DNA of 64,000 nucleotides, from NCBI GenBank assembly GCA_044229975.1, contig JBGARZ010000001.1:288001-352000 (forward strand), given 5' to 3'. Of the stretch, positions 18,721 to 27,170 are shown piece by piece. The DNA comes from Polyangiales bacterium (GTDB taxonomy: Bacteria > Myxococcota_A > Polyangia > Polyangiales > Ga0077539). Position numbers and translations under genes: made by a program. Positions within the stretch are counted from its first letter, which is position 1, and every line of letters begins with the position of its first letter. The notes under the pieces were generated by a model, which saw nothing but the letters and a program-made list of their open reading frames with translations, did no database searches and was not told the origin of the DNA.

Positions 18721-19452
18721 ATGTTCTGCCGGGTGTTGCTGGCCTGCGGGTGGTGCGTGTTCTTCGGGTGTTCGAAGGACGCGGTGGTGGAGGTCGACGC
18801 GGGCCCGCTGCGGGTCGACCGCGGAGTGACGCAGGACTCCACGGTCGACCTCGGAAGCGAGCCGATGGACGCCGCGACGCTCGCGGATGGTCCGGCGGCG
18901 GACGTGCCCGTGGCGGCGGACGTGGCCGTCGACCGAGGGGCACCCAGGGACGTCGGGCCGCCGCGCACGCTGGCCTGCGGGGCGTTGGCGCGCACGGAAG
19001 ACCCGACGAGCGACACCGTGCTGCTGGGCAACGAAGCGGGCGGCCAGTTCACGCTGGTCATCGATGTGCCGGTGGTGAACGTCGGGATCATCGCGCGCGG
19101 GCCCGTCGACCTCGCGCTGGCGGGTGACTTCGTGGACCGCGTGCGCGTGGTGCACATCGTCGGCGAGGGGTCGATGGCGTCGACACTGTATGCGCCGGCT
19201 GCGGTGCGCTTCGAGCGAGCGGGAACGCCCGCGGCGCCGGTGGCGGACGTCACGGGCAACGCGACGATGACCTGCGCGAGCGACTGCGAGACGGGTCGCG
19301 TACCGGGCGACCGCGGGTGCAACTCGGCGACGCAGGTGCGAACGTATTTTCAGCGGTTTTTCGGGGAGAGCCGGCGGATGGTGCATCTGCAGACGAGCAC
19401 CTTCGACGGGCTGTTTGTGTTCGTCGGGCGCGGCGGGTGCTGCCTGCCGTAG
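18721..19452 (+). CDS. Hypothetical lipoprotein
   Basis: 243 aa; FFGC signal; Asp/Ala-rich linker; Cys-containing C-terminal domain; TGaTAGCTT 9 nt upstream of the ATG. Confidence 0.6.
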   Translation: MFCRVLLACGWCVFFGCSKDAVVEVDAGPLRVDRGVTQDSTVDLGSEPMDAATLADGPAADVPVAADVAVDRGAPRDVGPPRTLACGALARTEDPTSDTVLLGNEAGGQFTLVIDVPVVNVGIIARGPVDLALAGDFVDRVRVVHIVGEGSMASTLYAPAAVRFERAGTPAAPVADVTGNATMTCASDCETGRVPGDRGCNSATQVRTYFQRFFGESRRMVHLQTSTFDGLFVFVGRGGCCLP

Positions 19453-19460
19453 CGGGCGGG

Positions 19461-19907
19461 TCAGCCGGTCTGCTTTACGGGCTCCGGATCGAGCAACGCG
19501 TTGAGCGACCGGCCCGCTTGTGGCGTTGCGAGGACTTCCTTGAGGGCCCCCACAAGTTCGGCCGAGTCTGATGCGAGTTGAAACCCGCCGTCGTAACGAA
19601 CCTTGACCGGGTAGCCAGCCGGGTCGGGCTCGAACTCGCAGAGCATCGTGGGCGCACGGCCTTGGCGTTCGAAGACGAGGGCTTGATAATGCCGCGTAGT
19701 CGATGCCTGTCTCACGTTGCCCGGAGGAACATACATCGTGATTACTGGTGGCCAGATGCGTTCGACCACACCGACCTCGCCGCCCGAGAGCAGTCGGATC
19801 TGAGCGTCGAGATCATCGACGATGGTCTTGATCTCGCGGAGGCGTGCGTCTGCATCGAGCGCTGCCTGTCTCCCCTGCTTCGCGGCCTCCAAGAAATTCT
19901 CACCCAT
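19461..19907 (-). CDS. Hypothetical 148-aa protein coupled to the EEP nuclease
   Basis: 8-nt overlap with the upstream stop; GAGGGA SD-like sequence inside the upstream gene; lower GC than the flanks. Confidence 0.7.
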   Translation of the reverse strand: MGENFLEAAKQGRQAALDADARLREIKTIVDDLDAQIRLLSGGEVGVVERIWPPVITMYVPPGNVRQASTTRHYQALVFERQGRAPTMLCEFEPDPAGYPVKVRYDGGFQLASDSAELVGALKEVLATPQAGRSLNALLDPEPVKQTG

Positions 19908-20820
19908 CGTCTTCCCTCACTTCGGCAGCAGCTTGGTGAATGTACTCCAGCGTGACGACCAGCGGGAGGTGGTCGAGTTGCTCGTCCAGATACGCTCCAC
20001 GGCGACCGCGAAGGGAGTCGCCATGCCATGGAGCAGTCTCATCCTCGCGGAGTGTCCATCCCACTCCCTCGACGAGCGACGCCGACGCCAACACCTGATC
20101 GTAGGTTCGCCAACGGCTCTCGACGCCGCTTCGATAGAAGTGGGTCCCCGAGGATGTGGCACCGCGCAGGTGACCATCGAAAGGCACCCTCGCCCCGAGC
20201 CAACGCCAGGCTGCGTTGTAGAGCAGGTCCGAACGCTTGCGCACCTGGTCGATGTCCCTGGTTCCGTTGAGCAACGCCATGGGCGACTGAAAGGGTTCGG
20301 TGTTGAAGTCTCCCGCGATGAGAACGTGGTCGAACCGACGCTGCGATCCCACCTCAAGCGCGGCGCCCAGCATGATGGCAGCCTGACGCTGAAGGCGTCG
20401 CACATGGTCCTGGTCTCCCATCCCAATGGCCGGCCAGTGGCACAGTCCCAGTCCGAGGAGGTCCTTCGTCGGCAGACTCAACTCGACGACAAGCCCCGCG
20501 CAGATCTTGTGACGGCCGACCTCCGCCGGGACGAGTCGAGCTTGCTCCGCACTCACGACGCGGGTATCGAAGGCGATCACCAGATCGTGTGACACCTCGC
20601 CGCGCTGTCGCGGCACGAGAACGTCCCACTCGCCGTCCAGCCTCAGCCATCCCATCAGCATCCGCAGGGATGCGGCCGTCATCTCGCACAGGCCAATCAC
20701 CGAGCACTGCTCGTCGTCGATCAGCGCCCGCACGACTCTCGCGACCCCCGCGATCTGCGCCTCGGTCAGCTCGGTCCCACCGACGAACCCGGTGTTCCAC
20801 CACCCGAAGCGGAGCTTCAT
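19900..20820 (-). CDS. Endonuclease/exonuclease/phosphatase (EEP, ExoIII/DNase I fold) family protein
   Basis: WWNT, IGLCE, CHWP, IAGDFNTEPF, GTHFY, TYDQVL, LDHLP: full EEP catalytic set; TATGAT 6 nt upstream of ATG 20820. Confidence 0.85.
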   Translation of the reverse strand: MKLRFGWWNTGFVGGTELTEAQIAGVARVVRALIDDEQCSVIGLCEMTAASLRMLMGWLRLDGEWDVLVPRQRGEVSHDLVIAFDTRVVSAEQARLVPAEVGRHKICAGLVVELSLPTKDLLGLGLCHWPAIGMGDQDHVRRLQRQAAIMLGAALEVGSQRRFDHVLIAGDFNTEPFQSPMALLNGTRDIDQVRKRSDLLYNAAWRWLGARVPFDGHLRGATSSGTHFYRSGVESRWRTYDQVLASASLVEGVGWTLREDETAPWHGDSLRGRRGAYLDEQLDHLPLVVTLEYIHQAAAEVREDDG

Positions 20821-20905
20821 CTCGCGATCATACGGAAGCTCATCAACGAGACCCAGGCCGCAACCAGTCAACCTTCACGATGCGTGGCCGTCGTCCGGTG
20901 GCGGT

Positions 20906-23900
20906 TCAGCGCACGGCGCGCTCGTCCGCGATCTCCTCCAGTTCGACGGTGCACAGCCCGCTGCGCTCGGCCTTCACGTTGACCACCTTGAGCGCGGTGC
21001 CGGGCGCGAGCAGGTACTCCTCCTCGCCCGAAAACGCCGAGTACGCCCGCACGCCCACCGCCCGCGCCGGCTTCACCGCAAACAATGTCCGCTTGCCCTT
21101 CGCCCCCAGGAACGAGTGCGCCACCGACAGCTTCGCCGTGCACGACGACACGCCCCACCACGTCACCGTGCGGCCCGCCGGGTACTGCCCGCGCAGGTCC
21201 ATCGCGACGCCGCGCCACAAGGTCCCATCGAAGCGCTCGATCTTCTCCAGCGCCGCGAGCAGCAGCCGCAGGTACGGCCGAAACGCGTCGACGTTCGCGC
21301 GGTCGGGGTCGCGCAGCGCGGCGTTGACCTGCCGGTAGAAGCCCGAGTCGCAGGTGTACAGGTACAGCGCCGCCACCTCGTGCTCGTCGAGCGCTCCGGC
21401 GCCCGCGGCCAGCTTCCGACGCGCGAAGTCCGACGACTGCTGCGCGAAGTGACCGAGGCCCTTGATCTGCGCCGCAAGCGGGGCGACCGCATCGGCGAAG
21501 GCCACCGCTGCCATCGCGCGCACACCCGTCACCTCGGGCAGCGCCTGCTGCGGCTCCTCCTTCACCTCCTGGAGACGCTCCAGGTAGAGCTTGTGGAGGT
21601 CCATGGTGCGGGCGATGAAGTCACCCATGCGGTCGGCCTCGCCGGTCGACGATGTGGCCACGGCGGACTTGTTCCAGCCGACGCTCGGGAGCCAGTCGAT
21701 GGTCTCCATCGCGAGGCCCTTGAGGGCGGCGTTGACGGCGCCGAAGTGATCGCCGTCGCAGAAGATGTCGCCCTGCGCTGCGGGGTTGGGGTGGTCGATG
21801 TGACGCACCTTCACCGCGGGGTACTTCCGCTCCACGCGCTGCACCACCGACTTCAGCGCCTTCGCCGCCGTGCCCCACCACGCGAACACCACGCCCTTGT
21901 GCGCGGCATCACCGCTCCCCTGCTTGGCCTTGAGAATCTCCTCGACCACCTTCTCCACCACGGGTCGCCAGAACGCCGTGTGCCGCGCGATGGCGTCGGT
22001 GTCGCCGCGGCCCCCATCCGCACTCGCGGTGAGCGCCGCGTTGAGCAGCAGCACCCCCTGCGTCAGCATCGCCTGGAACCACTCCGGCGGCTGCACGGCC
22101 TTCTTCTTGTCGAGCAGCGCGCGGATGTCCGCGATGGGCGTCGCCTTGGGGATGCCGTACTTCGACATCACCGCCGCCTTGATGATGCAGCGGATGCTCG
22201 TGACCCTCCCGAACTGGCTGTCCTTCCAGTGGTTGAAGGTGTTGTCGAACATCGCGATGCCCGTCGCCGACTCCACCCGCGGATACGGGTTCTGCCCGAA
22301 CACCACGACCTTCCACTTCTCGGGGGGATTGGGCTTCAGCGCCTGGAACGTCAGCTCGCGCACCGGCACCACGTCGGGCCCACGCTTCGGACCGATGAAG
22401 TCCGCCGCGTCGCGCTGCGCCTCGATCACCGGCTTGAGCAGCGGCAGCCACGCCTCGCCGCCGCCCTCGAAGAGCTCGTCGAGCTGCAACCCCGACGACA
22501 CGCCCGGCGCGCTAGCCGCCTTCGCGAGGCGCTTGAGCGACCCGATCACCCGGTAGAAGGTCCCATGCGCGCTGAGCTGAACGTCGTCGGCGACGTAGCG
22601 CACGCCCGCCTCGCGCACCGCCCTCGGAACGAGCACCGGAACCGCTCCGTCGACGCGCTCACCATGCGCCGTCACGCGCAGCTTTCCGCCCTCGTGCTCG
22701 CAGGTGAGCAGCACGCCCGACCCGACCTCGGTGACCTCCGGCAGCGACTTCGCCGACCCGCCGCCCGCGCCGCGCGCGCTCAGGTCGGCGCGGCTGCGGG
22801 AGCGCCCCTGGTACGACTGATCACGCAGGATCTTCCGCGCGCTCCGGTCGAGGCCGCCGCCCTCCACGGCGTTGGCGAAGTGTTCGAGCTGCGAGACCTC
22901 CTCGGCGATCTCGTACTCCTCGTCCATCGCCCGCGCGCGCTGGTCGGCCGCCTCGCGTCGCAGCACCGCCGCAGCCTCCGCGCGCTCGCCCGCGTCCGAA
23001 CGTCGCACCGCGCGCTCCTTCGCGAGCGCCACGCGCAGGCGGCTCACGGCGCGCATCACGTTGGGGTCGGGCCGTTCGTCCCCGGCCGCCGTCACGGCCG
23101 CGCGCACGACGGCGTGCCCGGTGACTTCTCCCCGCTTCGCCTGCGCGGCCACGGGGTCGTACTCGTACTCGACGTCGAGGAGGTCGAAGTCGCCCGCCTC
23201 GTCGGGCGCGTGCACGGTGAGCGTGAGGGCGAGGTGGCGGTCTTCGCCGCCGTACACGTCACCTACGGGAACGGTCACCGATCCGTCGCTCTGCGGCACA
23301 AGCCCGCGCGCATCGAGGAGCTCGGTGATGGTCACGCCGCGGCGCGGGCGCAGCGTGACGAAGAGCCCCTGCGCTGCGACCGAGGTGATGCTCTCGCCCT
23401 CGATCATGAACACCTGCGTCGCGTCTTCGGGCGTCTCGATGAAGTAGAAGTTTCCGCGCCCGGCCTCGGCCATGCCGATGAGCAGGTCTTCGTTGAAGTC
23501 GAGGCCGAAGCCGAGGGTCGTCGTGACCACGCCGCGCACGGCTCGCGTCGCGGCCTGGGCGATGATGTCAGGCGTCGACGTGACGCCCACGTTGGCCTGC
23601 CCGTCGGTGAGGAGCAGCACGCGCTTGAGGTCGTCGGCCGCGTCGGGCCGCGAGAGCACGAGGTCGCACCCGCGGTCCCACCCGCCGTGCAGCGCCGTCG
23701 CGCCGCCGGGCCGCACCGCGCGGATCTTCTTGATGATGGCCTCCGGGTCGTCGACCTTCGTAGGCGCGACCAGCGTCTCGATGCGGTTGTCGTAGACCAC
23801 CACGGAGAGCGTGTCGGCGGGCGAGAGCTGCCGCACCAGCAGCCCCGCGGCCTCGGTGGCCTGCTTCAACGGCGCACCCGACATCGAGCCCGAGCGGTCG

Positions 23901-24040
23901 ATCACCACGCTCACCGACAGCGGCCGCCGACCGGGCCGTCGGGACGCGGCGTAGTCGCCGTGGAAGGTCAGGAGGAGGTCGACCGTGATGGTCTGGCCCG
24001 CGGGCAGCGCGGGGCGCGTGAGTCCGTACGAGAGCTCCAT
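20906..24040 (-). CDS. Multidomain fusion: VWA, unknown domain, uracil-DNA glycosylase-like domain, ADP-ribosyltransferase (R-S-E type)
   Basis: [25 protein letters not shown]-like [60 protein letters not shown]; start ATG 24040 follows TCGACA-18-TACACC. Confidence 0.88.
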   Translation of the reverse strand: MELSYGLTRPALPAGQTITVDLLLTFHGDYAASRRPGRRPLSVSVVIDRSGSMSGAPLKQATEAAGLLVRQLSPADTLSVVVYDNRIETLVAPTKVDDPEAIIKKIRAVRPGGATALHGGWDRGCDLVLSRPDAADDLKRVLLLTDGQANVGVTSTPDIIAQAATRAVRGVVTTTLGFGLDFNEDLLIGMAEAGRGNFYFIETPEDATQVFMIEGESITSVAAQGLFVTLRPRRGVTITELLDARGLVPQSDGSVTVPVGDVYGGEDRHLALTLTVHAPDEAGDFDLLDVEYEYDPVAAQAKRGEVTGHAVVRAAVTAAGDERPDPNVMRAVSRLRVALAKERAVRRSDAGERAEAAAVLRREAADQRARAMDEEYEIAEEVSQLEHFANAVEGGGLDRSARKILRDQSYQGRSRSRADLSARGAGGGSAKSLPEVTEVGSGVLLTCEHEGGKLRVTAHGERVDGAVPVLVPRAVREAGVRYVADDVQLSAHGTFYRVIGSLKRLAKAASAPGVSSGLQLDELFEGGGEAWLPLLKPVIEAQRDAADFIGPKRGPDVVPVRELTFQALKPNPPEKWKVVVFGQNPYPRVESATGIAMFDNTFNHWKDSQFGRVTSIRCIIKAAVMSKYGIPKATPIADIRALLDKKKAVQPPEWFQAMLTQGVLLLNAALTASADGGRGDTDAIARHTAFWRPVVEKVVEEILKAKQGSGDAAHKGVVFAWWGTAAKALKSVVQRVERKYPAVKVRHIDHPNPAAQGDIFCDGDHFGAVNAALKGLAMETIDWLPSVGWNKSAVATSSTGEADRMGDFIARTMDLHKLYLERLQEVKEEPQQALPEVTGVRAMAAVAFADAVAPLAAQIKGLGHFAQQSSDFARRKLAAGAGALDEHEVAALYLYTCDSGFYRQVNAALRDPDRANVDAFRPYLRLLLAALEKIERFDGTLWRGVAMDLRGQYPAGRTVTWWGVSSCTAKLSVAHSFLGAKGKRTLFAVKPARAVGVRAYSAFSGEEEYLLAPGTALKVVNVKAERSGLCTVELEEIADERAVR

Positions 24041-24177
24041 GCACGCTGGTGTATCGAAGCCCGGCGCACGCTGTCGAGAGGAGGCGTCGAGGGAGGTGTC
24101 AGGCAATGACCAGTTGATGGAGTACCGTGCGGCGATGACGAGAAGGTCCGCCACGTCACGATGACCCCGGTCGGTGC

Positions 24178-24456
24178 GTGGTCCGTACGTCCGCGCATCA
24201 GGTCGGCGGTCACGAAGGCGACAACCGCCTCATCGCGCAGACGGTGTTCGACGGGATGCCTGCGCACGTCGAGACCGTGGTGGCGCAGCCCGGGCTCGGC
24301 GTGATCCACGGCGCGCGGCTGCTGGAGAGCACTGCGCGCAGGCACCTCGTGGCCGCCGCCGCGACGATCAACGCGAAGCGCAAGGTGCCCTTCGAGCTGG
24401 TGATCCCACCGCCGCTTCGCGCGAAGCCGCCCAGGGCGAGGGCGACGAAGCGGTAG
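24178..24456 (+). pseudogene. Short coding-like ORF or gene remnant
   Basis: 92 codons with strong GC3 bias; an in-frame stop at 24136 limits the frame; no recognisable product. Confidence 0.3.
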
Positions 24457-24496
24457 GGCGTCACGCGAGTGCTGCGAGCACCGTTGCACCCACTGG

Positions 24497-26113
24497 ATGA
24501 ACGGCCGCCTGTGGAAGCTTGCCGCCACGTTGGCCGTCGTCGTCGCGGTTGGCGTGGGCTCGCGGTTCACCGTCCGCCGCCCTCCTGACCGCGGCTTCAT
24601 CCACCGTGAGGGCAACCGCCTCGTCCTGCGCGGTCGCACCTTCCGCTTCGTCGGAACCAACGCCGACATCATGCACGGCCACCAGGAGCGCCGCGAAGCC
24701 ACGCGCGTGCTCGACGCGCTGACCGCCGACCGCATCACCGTCGTACGTCTCTGGGCGCTCGGCGAGACCGACGGCACCGAGGCGTGGCGCGACGACTACG
24801 CCTTCCGCCGCGGCCCCAACGGTTGGATCGCGGTCTCCTTCGCCCACCTCGATCGCATCCTCGTGGCGCTGCGATCGCGCGGCCTCCACGCCATCGTCGT
24901 CCTTGCCAACCGTCTGGGCGACTACGGTGGCTTCCCGCAGTACCTGCGCTGGGCGGGCGTCCGACCGCGCACCAACGTCCTTCGCGCTGGCGAGTTGCAC
25001 CGCGCGTATAGCGACCCAGCCGTCGAGTACGCGTGGCGCGAACACGTCCGGCGCATCGTGGGTCGCACCAACAGCGTCACCGGCGTGGCCTACCGCGACG
25101 ACCCCACCATCATGGCGTGGGAGCTGATGAACGAAGGCACGTCTCCCACCTGCGAAGTCGGTGATCGCATGGTGCGTTGGGTCGACCGGCAGGCGCGCTT
25201 CATCCACGGGCTCGACCCCAACCACCTCGTGAGCGCGGGTCACTTCGGCTACGCGAGCGTGCAGGGGCGCGCGATCTGGCAGCGGGTTCACGCCCTCGAC
25301 AGCGTCGACTACGCCGACCACCACGCCTACCTCGAAGCCACCGAGGCCGTGCTCGAACCTGCGGACCTCGCCCCCTGGTTGGCCGACCGCGTCGCGCTCG
25401 CCCGCGACACGCTGCACAAGCCGCTCGTCATCGGTGAGGTCGGCTTTGCGCGCGAGGACCACACGCGCGACGAACGCGGTCGATGGTACGGCGCCTTCTT
25501 CGACGCGGCGGAGCGCCTCGGCATCTCCGGCGTCGCCGTGTGGACCTATCAGCGCGGGACGGCGGGCGTCAGCGCCCACGGCATCTTCGGCTGGGGGCCG
25601 CTCGCCCAGGAGAACGAGCCCACCCGTGCCGCGCTTCGCGATGCCTCGGAGCGCTTGTCGCGCGCCACCGATGCACCGCCGCCGCCCTCGGCTCGCACAA
25701 CCACGCTGCTCCACGAACAGGGACCGATCTTCGCCCAGGACGCCTGGGTGGACGACGGCGACGGAGCGACCATGGGGCTCGATCCATGGACCTTCGAGGA
25801 GGCTTGCGCGCGGCCGCCGACGGCGTGGGTCGAGTTGCCGCTGTGGCTGCCTGCACGCCCCGTCACGACGCTGGAGCTCACGCTGACGTCGGCGTCGCTC
25901 GGACCGCTCGGCATCACGGTCGCGTTCGACGAGGTGGTGCTCGGTCGACTCGATGCGCCCGGCGTCACCATGCGATCCACGGTCGCGCCCGAGCGTCGGC
26001 ACGAGGTCCACTGGTTGCGGCTGTCGACGTCAGCGCCACGAGGCCGTGCTCTGCTCACCCGCTACAACGTCGAGCTCCCCAGCTCCGACCGCCTCACGCT
26101 GCACGCGCGGTGA
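24497..26113 (+). CDS. Glycoside hydrolase family 5 (endo-beta-mannanase-like) with an N-terminal anchor
   Basis: FRFVGTN, VVRLWA, NSVTGVAYRDDPTIMAWELMNE (acid/base), KPLVIGEVG (nucleophile). Confidence 0.88.
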   Translation: MNGRLWKLAATLAVVVAVGVGSRFTVRRPPDRGFIHREGNRLVLRGRTFRFVGTNADIMHGHQERREATRVLDALTADRITVVRLWALGETDGTEAWRDDYAFRRGPNGWIAVSFAHLDRILVALRSRGLHAIVVLANRLGDYGGFPQYLRWAGVRPRTNVLRAGELHRAYSDPAVEYAWREHVRRIVGRTNSVTGVAYRDDPTIMAWELMNEGTSPTCEVGDRMVRWVDRQARFIHGLDPNHLVSAGHFGYASVQGRAIWQRVHALDSVDYADHHAYLEATEAVLEPADLAPWLADRVALARDTLHKPLVIGEVGFAREDHTRDERGRWYGAFFDAAERLGISGVAVWTYQRGTAGVSAHGIFGWGPLAQENEPTRAALRDASERLSRATDAPPPPSARTTTLLHEQGPIFAQDAWVDDGDGATMGLDPWTFEEACARPPTAWVELPLWLPARPVTTLELTLTSASLGPLGITVAFDEVVLGRLDAPGVTMRSTVAPERRHEVHWLRLSTSAPRGRALLTRYNVELPSSDRLTLHAR

Positions 26114-26148
26114 CCCCAAACTCGTCGGAAGAGAAGCACCGCCCACGC

Positions 26149-27153
26149 TCACCGCCGCGGCGGCGGCCCTTCGACCCTCGGCGCCGTGCCCACGATCGGC
26201 AGCCGCCGGTGCCCCGCATGCGCCGCGCAGTGTCCGCGCACCACGTCGGCCATCAGCTCCACGAAGGCCGTCGCATCGTTGACCGCACCCGCGCGCTCCA
26301 TCACCAGCCCAACCTCGTCGCAGGTCTCCCTGAGCTCGTGGTCGAGGTCGTACAGCACCTCGACGTGGTCGCACACGAAGCCCAACGGCGACACCACCAC
26401 CGCCTCCAAGCCCTTGGCCCGCTCGGCCCGCGCGTACTCGTTGACGTCGGGACCCAGCCACGGGTCTTCCGGCCGCCCGCTCCGCGATTGAAACACCAGC
26501 GCGTAGTCCGTTCGCCCGAGCCGCTGCATCACCAGCCGCGCCGTCTCTTCGAGGTTGGCCACGTAGCGGCTCTCCGCCGCCATGCTCACCGGGATGCTGT
26601 GCGCCGTGAACACCACCCTCGCCCCCGCGCGCTTCTCCGCCGGCAGCCGCGCGAGCGCCGCCGCCACCCGCTGCGCGTTCGCCAGCACCAGGCCCTCGTG
26701 CGCGAACCAGTCGCCCACGAAGCTCACCTCGACGTCCGCCAGCCCTCGCGCCGCGAGCTCTCTCCGCGCATCGGCGACGTTCACCTTGTACTGCCCGCAG
26801 CTCGAATAACTCTTGTGCCCCGCGGTGATGAACCCCACCGCTCGCCGCACCCCGGCGCGCGACATCTCCGCCAGCGTGTCCGCCAGGAAGGGCCGCCAGT
26901 TTCGCATCCCCACGTAGACCGGCAGCGCCGGACCGTACGCCTTCAGGCGCTCTTCCAGCCCCTTGGCCTGCGCCATCGTCAGCGCCGTGATGGGCGACAC
27001 GCCACCGAACAACTCGTAGTGATGCGCGACCTCCGCCAGCCGCTCAGGGCTCACCCGTCGACCGCGCAGCACGTTGTCGAGAAATGGTCGGATCTCCTCC
27101 ATCCCCTGCGGACCACCGAAGGAGACCACCAGCACCGCGTCGAAGGGCTTCAT
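26149..27153 (-). CDS. hemH: Ferrochelatase
   Basis: VLVVSFGGP, HHYELFGGVSPI, GMRNWRPF, FTAHSIP, FQSRSG..PWLGPD, GFVCDHVEVLYDLD. Confidence 0.95.
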   Translation of the reverse strand: MKPFDAVLVVSFGGPQGMEEIRPFLDNVLRGRRVSPERLAEVAHHYELFGGVSPITALTMAQAKGLEERLKAYGPALPVYVGMRNWRPFLADTLAEMSRAGVRRAVGFITAGHKSYSSCGQYKVNVADARRELAARGLADVEVSFVGDWFAHEGLVLANAQRVAAALARLPAEKRAGARVVFTAHSIPVSMAAESRYVANLEETARLVMQRLGRTDYALVFQSRSGRPEDPWLGPDVNEYARAERAKGLEAVVVSPLGFVCDHVEVLYDLDHELRETCDEVGLVMERAGAVNDATAFVELMADVVRGHCAAHAGHRRLPIVGTAPRVEGPPPRR

Positions 27154-27170
27154 CGTCGCGGTTGAGATGC

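Noticed and set aside
18594..19322. Long N-terminal extension of the 16449..19322 ORF, and similar extensions of ORFs listed at 2015, 4214, 27411, 36349, 43382, 47874 and 55349
   Set aside because: The extensions overlap other genes; signal peptides, SD or -10 elements and coupled stop/start overlaps support the shorter starts
19455..20905. Mobile element (IS or integrative element) boundaries around the low-GC cassette
   Set aside because: No transposase or integrase, terminal inverted repeats, target duplication or tRNA site seen
21700..22480. Housekeeping ung gene
   Set aside because: The domain is embedded in a fusion and lacks the catalytic Asp and wedge Leu, so no gene symbol was given
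20906..24040. Assignment to known systems (DarTG, TerY-P triad)
   Set aside because: The ART is R-S-E/ExE type with no DarG macrodomain or NADAR neighbour, and there is no PP2C phosphatase or kinase beside the VWA domain
20792..24109. 1105-aa plus-strand ORF opposite the VWA-UDG-ART gene
   Set aside because: Antisense shadow ORF typical of high-GC DNA: Arg/His/Ala-rich with no motifs, while the minus strand carries clear domains
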